From a virus (Duplodnaviria; Caudoviricetes), in the IMG/VR virus record IMGVR_UViG_3300033552_000011, positions 1 to 53,454 of that record: 53,454 nucleotides of DNA, one strand, 5' to 3'. Of this stretch, positions 36,493 through 45,121 are shown piece after piece; position 1 is the stretch's first letter; the number at the start of each line of letters is the position of its first letter. The translations under genes and the position numbers were made by a program. Under the pieces are notes generated by a model. That model made no database searches. It was not told the DNA's origin and was given only the letters and a program-made list of their open reading frames with translations.

Positions 36493-37350
36493 TTAATCGT
36501 CCGCGCCTTTGCGGTTCCATTGTGCTGTGAGTTGTTTTGACAACTCCTCGTTTTTATCTTTCAACCATTCAGTCAAAAGCACTTTGTCTTCTTCGCTTAT
36601 TTGATTCCTGTCAAGTGAAATGAATCCGCATTCACCTTCGATCCAAACCTCAACGCTACCACTCGAATCGATGTTCGCACCGGTAGTCAGGCCGAAAATC
36701 TCTGGTTTGACGAGACCATTCCAAACATCCCACATGTCGTCCCAATTTCTCTTGTCCATCTCTTTGAGCAAGTGCTCAAGTTGGTCCTCATAGAACGTAG
36801 CGAGATTAACCTTGTCGTCATACCATTTACGCATCAGCCTCTTTGAAACGTGCTGCAAGGCATTCTGAAGTTCAAAATACTTTTCGCTGCGGCCCATATC
36901 GAACCTGTGCAAGAGCGTTTCGGTAAGCTCATTTAAACCTAAGAGATCTATATCTGGCAAAACCTTCTTGACCCAGATATCACCAACCAAAACGTCTGCG
37001 ACCTTATCGTTGTCCTTGATGAACATCAGGTGAGGGTAACCAAAGTCGCCAGCTTTCCCCGCACTGGTTGAAGCAATGAATGACGACGAACGCTTCGGGA
37101 AGCCTTTGAATCGCGGATGACCATCAATCCACAGAGTGTAGTTGTTGGGGATACCACCAACACTCTTACGAGGCTTTGTACCAACTGAATTTCCAATTGT
37201 GATACCAGCATCGCCACTCGTGAATCCGCGATAGACATGTTGATTGCCCGCAATATACTTCGAGCAATTTGAGTTTGCCCACTTGATAAAATCTTCGGCC
37301 GATACTGCTTTGCCTCGTCCCTCGGAGAGAAACTGCTTGAATGTCTTCAT
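36493..37350 (-). CDS. CTS-tagged ART-like paralog (group A), best STS motif
   Basis: MKTFKQFLSE; VYRG, KRSSSFIASTSAGKAGDFG, VEVWIEG. Confidence 0.65.
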   Translation of the reverse strand: MKTFKQFLSEGRGKAVSAEDFIKWANSNCSKYIAGNQHVYRGFTSGDAGITIGNSVGTKPRKSVGGIPNNYTLWIDGHPRFKGFPKRSSSFIASTSAGKAGDFGYPHLMFIKDNDKVADVLVGDIWVKKVLPDIDLLGLNELTETLLHRFDMGRSEKYFELQNALQHVSKRLMRKWYDDKVNLATFYEDQLEHLLKEMDKRNWDDMWDVWNGLVKPEIFGLTTGANIDSSGSVEVWIEGECGFISLDRNQISEEDKVLLTEWLKDKNEELSKQLTAQWNRKGADD

Positions 37351-38087
37351 TTGCATTTAACGTGAAATTGCTTCAACGCACCTATGGTAGTTTCCTTCTT
37401 ACAGTAAGCACACGACGCTCGAATATTACCTGGTGCAGGTTTTCCGCGTTGTTTGGCAGACTGTCGATCTTTTTGTTCTTGCGACATTGGTATTCCCTTT
37501 GGCCTTCCGCCTAGGTTGGTTCCGTTTTTAGTGCGGGCTGCGGCAGATTTTCTACCGCGCTCGATTAGTTCCTCTTTGTTGGCTGTAGCGTAATATTTTT
37601 CCTGGCCAGCAAGAAGATTTTGCTTCTGCTCCGCATTGCGTTTCTTTCCAGTATTAGCTGCTGCTCGTTTAGCAACTGATTCTGGGGATTGTGCCGGTGG
37701 AATATAACCTTCAGCTTTTCTCTTTTCCCACATTAGCTTACTTGCTACCGAGTTCTTTAACTTTGATTCTTCAGGTGAAACGTATCCTGGAAAATTACCC
37801 AGTCCACCTCTAGCAATGTTCATACACAGCGGGTCGGATTTTAATTCCGCAGTTATCAATTCTTCTTCTCGCAATCCCAGCGATTCTCTATCAACACAGA
37901 ATTCTAAAATCACACACACATGATTTTTCTTACCGTGTTTTCTTATAGATCGAGCTAAATGCGTTCCGCTGCCTTTGTACCCGTCCGTCAAATCGTCCGT
38001 CGAATGCATCCCGATATACCACTTGCCTGTAACTAAGCAGGTTGTTTTATAAATGAAGTGATATTTTCTGCGCTGTGCCCGTGTCAT
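37347..38087 (-). mobile_element. free-standing GIY-YIG (Seg-like) homing endonuclease
   Basis: FIYKTT...GKWYIG.H, Y.GSG, E..LI, NI..GG; NUMOD3-like basic repeats; visibly more AT-rich than flanks. Confidence 0.88.
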
Positions 38088-38134
38088 ATATTTCCTAAAA
38101 TTGTTTATCTAAGGTATATATGGCACTTTTGGTA

Positions 38135-40051
38135 CTACCCCATAAGAAAACTTACGTTACCGAGCCCAATCAGCCCACCGTATTCGTAGTTCAACAGTTC
38201 TTCTTTCAGTTCCATCATGTCCTGACGCGCTTCGGAAACCAGGAGTTCACCGTTGAGGTTGATCGTGCCGCTTGGTCCTGGAGTACCAGAAGCAAACTTC
38301 GAGCGGATCAGGCCGAGCATCATCTTGAGTTCAGCCAATGCCCAGTTCTGAATGTACTGCTTGCACCAACGGTCGAGGAGGAGTTCCTGCTCTGAACGTT
38401 CCAGCATTGCTTCGATTACAACGGTTTCGTATCCACGGATTGCACGGAGGATAACCAGCTCGTGCGATGCTTCATCCCATTGGTATGTCAGATCGCCGGC
38501 GAACAGGCGATTCAGTTCTTCGCCGTATGCTGCAACTAAGTGAGTGCTGAGAATGTCTCCGCCACCAGCTGCCAGGTTGTAATACTGCTGTGCAAATGCG
38601 TGAGCCCAAACATCATTCGGTCCACCACCGTAAACACCCAGTGGGCCCATGCGGTGAATCTTATGGATGTCAACGATGTGGTCTGTCTTGTCGATTGCCG
38701 AGTTCAGGTAGTATTTCTGTTGACCTGGAATCAGCTTGAACAGGACGAAGCCACGGCGGTACGCGCCGCTCGACAGCTGACGATAGTTGTCCAGAGCATT
38801 GTCGATCGCGATGTTGAATTGTTCTTCTTGCAGCTCGACGCAAAGCTGTGGCCAACCAAGTTGGGCATTCAGGGACTTGATCAAGGTAATGCGCTCGTCG
38901 TATGATCCGTCGTTACCAATCGAAATCTTCTCAGTGGACGGTGAACCTGCCTGGTCGCTGTTGACCTTGTTCCATGACACACCGTTCCAGGCGTTCAGAG
39001 CCTTGGACGTCGTGTTGTAGAAGAGTTGACCCAGGTACGGGTTGCGAAGCAGTTCGGTCTCAACAGTGATCGGTGTAATAAATGCTGGAACCAGTGAGGT
39101 GCCGTTGTCGTACAGAGTGTTGGTTGCATTCGGGAAGATCCACGAAGCACCATCGTAGAAGTACAGGCGACCAAGTGTATAGTCGTAATACATTTGTCCG
39201 GCAACGGAAGGTGTTGGTGTTTGAATCTCAGATGTGAAGCGTCCCATAGCTACCCAAGGGTCACCAACGGCAGAGCGCAATTTCAGGTTTGATGAATTCA
39301 GTTCGGCCCAACGTACGCCATTGAAGATACGTAGTTGCCCACCCATCAAGTAGACCTGGCCCATGACACCTGGGTTGTACGGTCCAGACAGGATCATATT
39401 GGCTTCGGTCGGAATCCATGAACCGGAGACACCGTCATAATACTGGACGATGTTGAGCACCTGGTCGTGGTAGACCATGCCCGGAGCCGGAGCTGTTGGG
39501 GCTTGTGGGTACGACGGGATGTTGCCTGTATATGCAGCCGAACCACCGTGGCCGGAGACAGCTCCGACTAAAGGATACGATTGAACCCCGATCGGGTAGT
39601 ACTGCAGAATGTTCGATGAAGCATGGACAGATGCGTAGTAGATTTTGTTCGGGTTAGTATTGTTGATGGTGATCGTAAAGACCTGCATCGTGCTTGGGTA
39701 ACCAGTCGTTACCGCGTCGACTGTCAGATCCTCTGGTGTTGGGAACTGAGTACCCATGGCAGCATGGAATGCACCAACAACGTGTGCATCGCCTATCATT
39801 AGAATTGGATTCAACCAATCAGGTTCTGCATCTGCAGCGTAGGCCGTTCCGTCTTGCGGGTAGTTAGATGCGCTGATCGGCTTTTCGCTCAGGAGAATAA
39901 CTGCGCCATCTGTCACAGACAGGGCAACAGGTCGCTTGACCGTAAGCTTAATGCTTGTTGGTGTAGGGCGGGAGACATCGATGCTGAACTGGCGGGCGTC
40001 GATCCACAAGTCATGTGTTGTTTTTGCTGAAATATCGGAAGGTGTAGTCAT
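38135..40051 (-). CDS. neck protein (gp13-like) with large N-terminal extension
   Basis: C-terminal LGWP...VEL.EEQ...AI..AL, W.K.Y....A.AE.K..LG.IRSKF, GT..LNG..L..EA. Confidence 0.8.
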   Translation of the reverse strand: MTTPSDISAKTTHDLWIDARQFSIDVSRPTPTSIKLTVKRPVALSVTDGAVILLSEKPISASNYPQDGTAYAADAEPDWLNPILMIGDAHVVGAFHAAMGTQFPTPEDLTVDAVTTGYPSTMQVFTITINNTNPNKIYYASVHASSNILQYYPIGVQSYPLVGAVSGHGGSAAYTGNIPSYPQAPTAPAPGMVYHDQVLNIVQYYDGVSGSWIPTEANMILSGPYNPGVMGQVYLMGGQLRIFNGVRWAELNSSNLKLRSAVGDPWVAMGRFTSEIQTPTPSVAGQMYYDYTLGRLYFYDGASWIFPNATNTLYDNGTSLVPAFITPITVETELLRNPYLGQLFYNTTSKALNAWNGVSWNKVNSDQAGSPSTEKISIGNDGSYDERITLIKSLNAQLGWPQLCVELQEEQFNIAIDNALDNYRQLSSGAYRRGFVLFKLIPGQQKYYLNSAIDKTDHIVDIHKIHRMGPLGVYGGGPNDVWAHAFAQQYYNLAAGGGDILSTHLVAAYGEELNRLFAGDLTYQWDEASHELVILRAIRGYETVVIEAMLERSEQELLLDRWCKQYIQNWALAELKMMLGLIRSKFASGTPGPSGTINLNGELLVSEARQDMMELKEELLNYEYGGLIGLGNVSFLMG

Positions 40052-40077
40052 CTTGGTTCCACGTAAGCTATCTGAGC

Positions 40078-40085
40078 TATTTATG
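40078..40085 (-). promoter_or_regulatory. late promoter
   Basis: CATAAATA upstream of gp13. Confidence 0.7.
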
Positions 40086-40170
40086 GATAACGGTGCCTTA
40101 TTTGATGACAGCCGAACCGATTCTTATTTGCCAGCTAATGCTGTATATTTCTCGTTTAGTAAATAGATGT

Positions 40171-40449
40171 ATGAACTTTATCCTCCATAAATTTCGCTCA
40201 GGCGAAACAATAGATGCTGTGATCCGCCTCAAAGGCAGGCACAGTTATTCCCACGAAGAAATTTTAGCTCTTCGCAAACGCTTTAACGAGTTGAATGGAT
40301 TGATCGTGCCCAGACCTGGGCAGACTTTCAAGATACCGTTGGAAGGTATTGGCACAGACGACTTTGGAAACTCAGTCTTCCTCGTGCCGGTAGATGGCCC
40401 AGTAGTGTCGGACCCAAAAGCAGATGGTAATGATCCAGCCAATGGCTAG
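40171..40449 (+). CDS. LysM-like small protein
   Basis: HKFRSGETI..V...N.LNG..PRPGQTFKIP; TAAATA immediately upstream. Confidence 0.55.
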   Translation: MNFILHKFRSGETIDAVIRLKGRHSYSHEEILALRKRFNELNGLIVPRPGQTFKIPLEGIGTDDFGNSVFLVPVDGPVVSDPKADGNDPANG

Positions 40450-40605
40450 GAACGCGCCAATCCACAGTAACAAATACACAATTACGTAGTCTAGCCAGAT
40501 CCCGGCAATGAGCCAGCCGATCGTACCCAGGATCGTGGGAATCAACATGTGACCCCACGCCTGTGTTAACACGATGCCGATGATATCAAATAACCTTGAG
40601 TTCAT
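40372..40605 (-). CDS. small membrane protein
   Basis: Two to three hydrophobic segments; GGAG SD. Confidence 0.55.
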   Translation of the reverse strand: MNSRLFDIIGIVLTQAWGHMLIPTILGTIGWLIAGIWLDYVIVYLLLWIGAFLAIGWIITICFWVRHYWAIYRHEED

Positions 40606-40620
40606 CTGGCCGCTCCGCCA

Positions 40621-41199
40621 TTATGCTAGAACGTACTTTACAATCTTAGCAATGTTGACCGCATCATCCATGCCATTGTGGTGACGGCCTTCCAGCTTCT
40701 CACCAATGACTTCGAGCATGCCGGCCATACCTTTTTCCTTCTTGTACTTCATCTTCTGGGCGAACGCAGTCTTGATGTTGACGTGTTCCATGTAGTCGAA
40801 CGGATTCACGTCGGCCTGGATTCCGTACAACGCACCGATACCTTTTTGGGTCTTCGAGCTGAGCATGTTCTTGTCGTACTGCCCACACGAATACCAGATG
40901 TGATCGGGTGTCGGCTTGAAGATGTTGATGAATTCCTTGAGGGAACGCGCCATGGTCTTGCCTTCTTCGATGATCTGTTCTTGCGTCCAGCCAGTCAGCT
41001 CGGTGCAGAACGGAGATACCTGGGTGAACTGTGGTCGAATGACGAAGCGTTGCTTGTCAACAACTGTCCAGGTCGCGTATTCAAGAACAGCAACGCCGAT
41101 CTCGATTACTTCGTTTGGCTTGGTTCCCTGTTCTTCCTTGGTATCCCAGCATGTGGCTTCGATGTCAATCACGAAGCCAATCTCTTTCTTGTATGTCAT
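40621..41199 (-). CDS. DEDDh 3'-5' exonuclease (ERI-1/KapD-like)
   Basis: VIDIEATCW, EVIEIG, FCTELTG, CGQYD, EGRHHNGMDDA. Confidence 0.9.
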   Translation of the reverse strand: MTYKKEIGFVIDIEATCWDTKEEQGTKPNEVIEIGVAVLEYATWTVVDKQRFVIRPQFTQVSPFCTELTGWTQEQIIEEGKTMARSLKEFINIFKPTPDHIWYSCGQYDKNMLSSKTQKGIGALYGIQADVNPFDYMEHVNIKTAFAQKMKYKKEKGMAGMLEVIGEKLEGRHHNGMDDAVNIAKIVKYVLA

Positions 41200-41201
41200 T
41201 A

Positions 41202-41498
41202 TTATTCTTTCTTCACTATTGTAAGTTTCGGACGCACCTTGGGTGCTGGCTTTGCCCAAACCAAGTGCATCATGTGTGTATTGGGTTTAACGCGGAATGC
41301 AGTGATCTCTGATTCGCTGGCAGGTCGCCAATGATCGGATGTGAACAGTCTGCCGAAGGCCACCGACATGTTGCACAGGTCCTTCGTATCTTCGTTGTTG
41401 TACACAGCACCTTGCGGTGTCAATACAACTGTATGATCTGACTGCTCGTTGTAAATCACGAGGTCACCGCCGATCGGAATCAGCTGGTGGATTCTCAT
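41202..41498 (-). CDS. hypothetical protein
   Basis: 98-aa ORF, ATGA overlap. Confidence 0.7.
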   Translation of the reverse strand: MRIHQLIPIGGDLVIYNEQSDHTVVLTPQGAVYNNEDTKDLCNMSVAFGRLFTSDHWRPASESEITAFRVKPNTHMMHLVWAKPAPKVRPKLTIVKKE

Positions 41499-41713
41499 GG
41501 AGTAACGCCGAATTTCGTCAGTGCACGGAGTTCGATTGCGATGGCCATGTATTCCGTATTGAAATGTTTCAGCGCATTGGAAAGATCGTCGCGCTGTGCA
41601 CCACCTGATGATAGTGCATACATTTCACTTTGGGCAATGCGTATGCATTCCGACACAACCTTATGACGGGCTTGCAGGAATTCAATTCGTTCGTTCGAAA
41701 TGGGATGAGTCAT
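41495..41713 (-). CDS. hypothetical protein
   Basis: start MTHPIS with AAGGA SD. Confidence 0.6.
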   Translation of the reverse strand: MTHPISNERIEFLQARHKVVSECIRIAQSEMYALSSGGAQRDDLSNALKHFNTEYMAIAIELRALTKFGVTP

Positions 41714-42254
41714 AATTCGTAGTCCTTTGGATAAACCATTCTGGTGGGCGTCGGTTGGTCCAGCGGGCGAACCGCGCTTTGCTACCCACGTATAAATTTT
41801 GGTAAGAAATGACAGCATCGTCAACCTTGTATTCGTCTGGCATTGACAACGGCGGATCAGTGAACTCGCCGTCGGGAATGTTTTTTGGTAAGCTGCTCAG
41901 CAGCGACAGTGTCTTAGTTTCGGTTGCGTGCACCTTGCCGTAACGGCGAGTGTACTCTTTGCAGCACTCGAAAAAAAGATCATACAAGAATTTATAGTTT
42001 TTTGAGGATGCTCGAATCCAGATATTATCCGGATGATTGACGTGGGAACCTTTATAGAAGACATCTTCATTCTCGGCGAGAACCCATTGCTGTTGCTTGC
42101 GACCTTTGTGTATAACGACTTGATGCTTGCCATCGACGACGCGATGGCATGTGCTCAGCATCTGTGCATACTCAACGATCATCTTGACGATGTGCTTATC
42201 ACAATGTGCGTGTGCACATTCTTGGACATTACGGGAGAGATAAAAGATATTCAT
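41682..42254 (-). CDS. pyrimidine-dimer DNA glycosylase superfamily (Pyr_excise-like) protein
   Basis: MNIFYL....CA..HCDKH.VKM..E.AQMLST, H.NHP..IW, EYT.RYGK.H, MPDEYK. Confidence 0.8.
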   Translation of the reverse strand: MNIFYLSRNVQECAHAHCDKHIVKMIVEYAQMLSTCHRVVDGKHQVVIHKGRKQQQWVLAENEDVFYKGSHVNHPDNIWIRASSKNYKFLYDLFFECCKEYTRRYGKVHATETKTLSLLSSLPKNIPDGEFTDPPLSMPDEYKVDDAVISYQNLYVGSKARFARWTNRRPPEWFIQRTTNYDSSHFERTN

Positions 42255-42260
42255 GGAAAC

Positions 42261-42269
42261 ATTATAACA
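42261..42269 (-). promoter_or_regulatory. extended -10 promoter, leaderless
   Basis: TGTTATAAT 6 nt before the ATG. Confidence 0.6.
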
Positions 42270-42290
42270 CGTTTCCATGATCTAGGGAAA

Positions 42291-42995
42291 TTAAATACTG
42301 ATGCCAAGATCCGCCTTGGCGCGAATCATAACGTTGGCCCACTTCTTCGGACCGTCCGGAGTATCGCGCGCTGCTCTGTTCCAAGCCGCTTCGACTTTCT
42401 CCATGGACTTACCAGACTTCTTCATGAGGGTGTCAAGCTTCGATTGGTGAGCTGTAGGTACACGAGGCTTTGTTGGTGTATCCGTTTCGCCACTGATGTA
42501 GGGGTCAGACCGCTTCATCATACCCTCTTTGACGAGGGTAAAGAACACCGGTTCGTGATTTACTGGGCTTTCGTCTCGGTTGATTTTCCAACCTGCTGGG
42601 AGATTCTTTTTGAACAGCCGCGCGTACAGGTCGGCACGGGTTGCTTTGCCCTTTTCCTTGTCAGCACTGAATTTGATCTTCCGTGGATTCACATCTTTGA
42701 TGAATCTCTGCAGGATAGCTTTCAGCGTAGCGAAAATCTGGAACTCATTGCCTTTGTTGGTTTTGGCAAAGGTCACAGTGGCATAGGTGTCATCGTCTTT
42801 GTGACGCTGATCGGGAACCTTCTCACCAAAGACAATATCCCATTCACCTTCATCGTCGTCATCCATCATGCCTTCATTCACAGCGCTGAAGATTATGAAA
42901 CGATCTTCGACCTTGAACTCGGCCATAAATTCTGATTCATCGGTGTCAATGACCTTGAATGGTAAAGCCTTGTCGAGGATTTCATCTAGCTTCAT
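42291..42995 (-). CDS. hypothetical protein with MKLDEIL leader (possible internal protein)
   Basis: 234 aa, last gene of a late operon; TNKGNEFQIFAT...F.A.K...R..LY. Confidence 0.7.
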   Translation of the reverse strand: MKLDEILDKALPFKVIDTDESEFMAEFKVEDRFIIFSAVNEGMMDDDDEGEWDIVFGEKVPDQRHKDDDTYATVTFAKTNKGNEFQIFATLKAILQRFIKDVNPRKIKFSADKEKGKATRADLYARLFKKNLPAGWKINRDESPVNHEPVFFTLVKEGMMKRSDPYISGETDTPTKPRVPTAHQSKLDTLMKKSGKSMEKVEAAWNRAARDTPDGPKKWANVMIRAKADLGISI

Positions 42996-44209
42996 TTGGC
43001 TTTCTTCCTTTCCTCGGCCGCCTTGGCCGCTGCCTTGACCTTTTCGGACGGGTTGTTAAAGGCTCCCAAGAAGTCTGGTCGCCGCTCAACAACGGCCAGC
43101 TGGACCGCCTCGGTCGGGTTCTTGATGTTGGCGATCATGTACGGATTGATCTTGATCGCAGCCAGCTGCACTGCCTCGCTCGGGTCCTTGATGTACTTGA
43201 TCGCCAGGCCTGCCATGTCCTCAACGGCGGCCAGCTGCACTGCCTCGCTCGGGTCCTTGATGTGCTGAATGGCATTATGTCCGCCAAAGGAGCGTACCAT
43301 GGCGAGCTGCACCTGCGTGGATACGGTATCAGGAAAATATCGCAAAGCCTTGCCGGTGAGAGAGTGGCCCTCTTCCTGTGCCAGGAAGTCCATGATGGCT
43401 ATCATCTGCTTGTCCGTAAGATTTGCACCAGCGATCTTCTCTGGATTATTGGCAAACTGCGAGACGTCCGTTCCCCCCATGTACAGCAAGGCGCCGTGCC
43501 CGTCGCGGTATAGCCCCCTTTTCATCGTGAATACGCCGTCTAGCTCTCCTCCGTTGATCTCGCCCACCCACTCCTTCACGGTCCGCGTGAAGCCGGCAAC
43601 ATTGGTCCCATAGACCTGGTCTTCGATCCCCAGGGCGACCTTCTTCTTGTTTGTGAATGGCTTGATTAGTACCCGCGCCACAGGAGCAGATATATTTTTA
43701 TCGTCGCTCTTGATCAGGTATGCAACGAGTGTGCCACCCTTGACGTCCAGCGGTACGTAGTGCATGTTTTCCCCGTCCTCCAGGTTCATACAAGATGTCC
43801 ATCCTCGGTCGGTGGACATTCCACCGAGGTCGTACGGGTGCCGGCTGATCACTACCACGTAGTCGCTTCGCTTCGCGCCCCCGCGCTTCGGGTCCTCTGC
43901 AAACTGCTTCAGCAGTTCGGGGTCCTTGAGCAGCTTGCCGATCTTGACCTTCCGTTTGCCGTCGTCCTTCGAGGCGATGCCCGTGGCGTAGTCCTCGATC
44001 TCGTAGCCGGCGTCGGCGATCGCCTTCGCGATGGCGGACGGTGCGGAGATCCTCTCCGCGTCTCCCTTCAGCGGGATGTAGATGCGGTATGCCTTCTTGT
44101 CGGAGGCGTACTTCTTGAAGATCTTGGCGTACTTCGACTTGTCCCAGCCCTTAACGAGGGAACGGTATTGGCTTGGCTTGAGCGCCTCTAGTAGTTCTGC
44201 TAATTTCAT
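42992..44209 (-). CDS. hypothetical protein with MKLAELLE leader and C-terminal helical repeats
   Basis: SRHPYDLGGMSTDRGWTSCM motif; IK(D/N)P(S/T)E.V..AA repeated about four times; GC-rich. Confidence 0.75.
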   Translation of the reverse strand: MKLAELLEALKPSQYRSLVKGWDKSKYAKIFKKYASDKKAYRIYIPLKGDAERISAPSAIAKAIADAGYEIEDYATGIASKDDGKRKVKIGKLLKDPELLKQFAEDPKRGGAKRSDYVVVISRHPYDLGGMSTDRGWTSCMNLEDGENMHYVPLDVKGGTLVAYLIKSDDKNISAPVARVLIKPFTNKKKVALGIEDQVYGTNVAGFTRTVKEWVGEINGGELDGVFTMKRGLYRDGHGALLYMGGTDVSQFANNPEKIAGANLTDKQMIAIMDFLAQEEGHSLTGKALRYFPDTVSTQVQLAMVRSFGGHNAIQHIKDPSEAVQLAAVEDMAGLAIKYIKDPSEAVQLAAIKINPYMIANIKNPTEAVQLAVVERRPDFLGAFNNPSEKVKAAAKAAEERKKAK

Positions 44210-45066
44210 TGCCGCACCAGTACATACCCAATTTCTGGGTTCGAGAAGGTTACACGGAGTTGGTTGCCTGTGAGGAACTCAACATTCGATGGAATTATAA
44301 TCTGTGGACCATCGCCGCGGTCGACGTAGAACTGACAGAAGGCAATGTACGGAGCTGCAAGTGCAAGCCCGTGGTTAACAGTCCACGTAGTAGCTGCAGT
44401 ACCTTGTGTGTGGCGGAATGTAACGCCGAACGAGGCTTTGTTGACAAGTTCCCAAGAGGTTCCATTCCAAACACGCACCTGTTCATCGTCAGTGTCGTAC
44501 CAGGTCTGTCCGACAAACGGGCTGCCAGGTGCAGTAGGGTTCGCGAAGTTGCGAGCCAGGTTGACGAAGTTCTGTGTGAACGCTTCACCCCAGCCAGACG
44601 AGTCACGACCCATTAATTCAATTGGATATGTCGTGATGTTGACAGCAGGTGGAACAACAATTGTACCTGTGCCGGTATAGAGCAAGTACGTGCTGATGTT
44701 GGTAATATATCCGTCGGAGATGAGGGTTGCAGGATCGTTCGCGCCAAGAGATGGAACCGTCTCGTTGACATTGATCTGTGTCCGTCCGGCTTGCAGACTG
44801 CTTGATGTTCTGTCACTTGCTGATACAGGTGTGTACACTGTATAGCGACCGCCGTACTTTGCATTTTCAACAATGTCAAAGGTTGTGGCCTTGATCAGTG
44901 TGTAGCCTGCTGGCGCTGGTGCCGTGTATGACGGCAGAACTTCACCGGTCAAGGGGTTGCGATAAAACTTCCCTTGAAAGATTTGGGTGTAGTCGTTGGC
45001 TACCTCAATGGAACCTGGGATTCCACCAGTTGTTGCATTGACTTTGAGAATCTTAATCTTGCGCAT
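44206..45066 (-). CDS. virion structural protein
   Basis: GWGE....NF..L..NFA....P..P..GQ.WYD motif typical of jumbo-phage structural proteins; late promoter upstream. Confidence 0.65.
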   Translation of the reverse strand: MRKIKILKVNATTGGIPGSIEVANDYTQIFQGKFYRNPLTGEVLPSYTAPAPAGYTLIKATTFDIVENAKYGGRYTVYTPVSASDRTSSSLQAGRTQINVNETVPSLGANDPATLISDGYITNISTYLLYTGTGTIVVPPAVNITTYPIELMGRDSSGWGEAFTQNFVNLARNFANPTAPGSPFVGQTWYDTDDEQVRVWNGTSWELVNKASFGVTFRHTQGTAATTWTVNHGLALAAPYIAFCQFYVDRGDGPQIIIPSNVEFLTGNQLRVTFSNPEIGYVLVRQ

Positions 45067-45093
45067 TATTTTACCTGAAAGGGTGTGATCAGG

Positions 45094-45101
45094 TATTTAT
45101 A
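45094..45101 (-). promoter_or_regulatory. late promoter
   Basis: TATAAATA. Confidence 0.75.
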
Positions 45102-45121
45102 AAAGATTCTGAATGTTCCAA

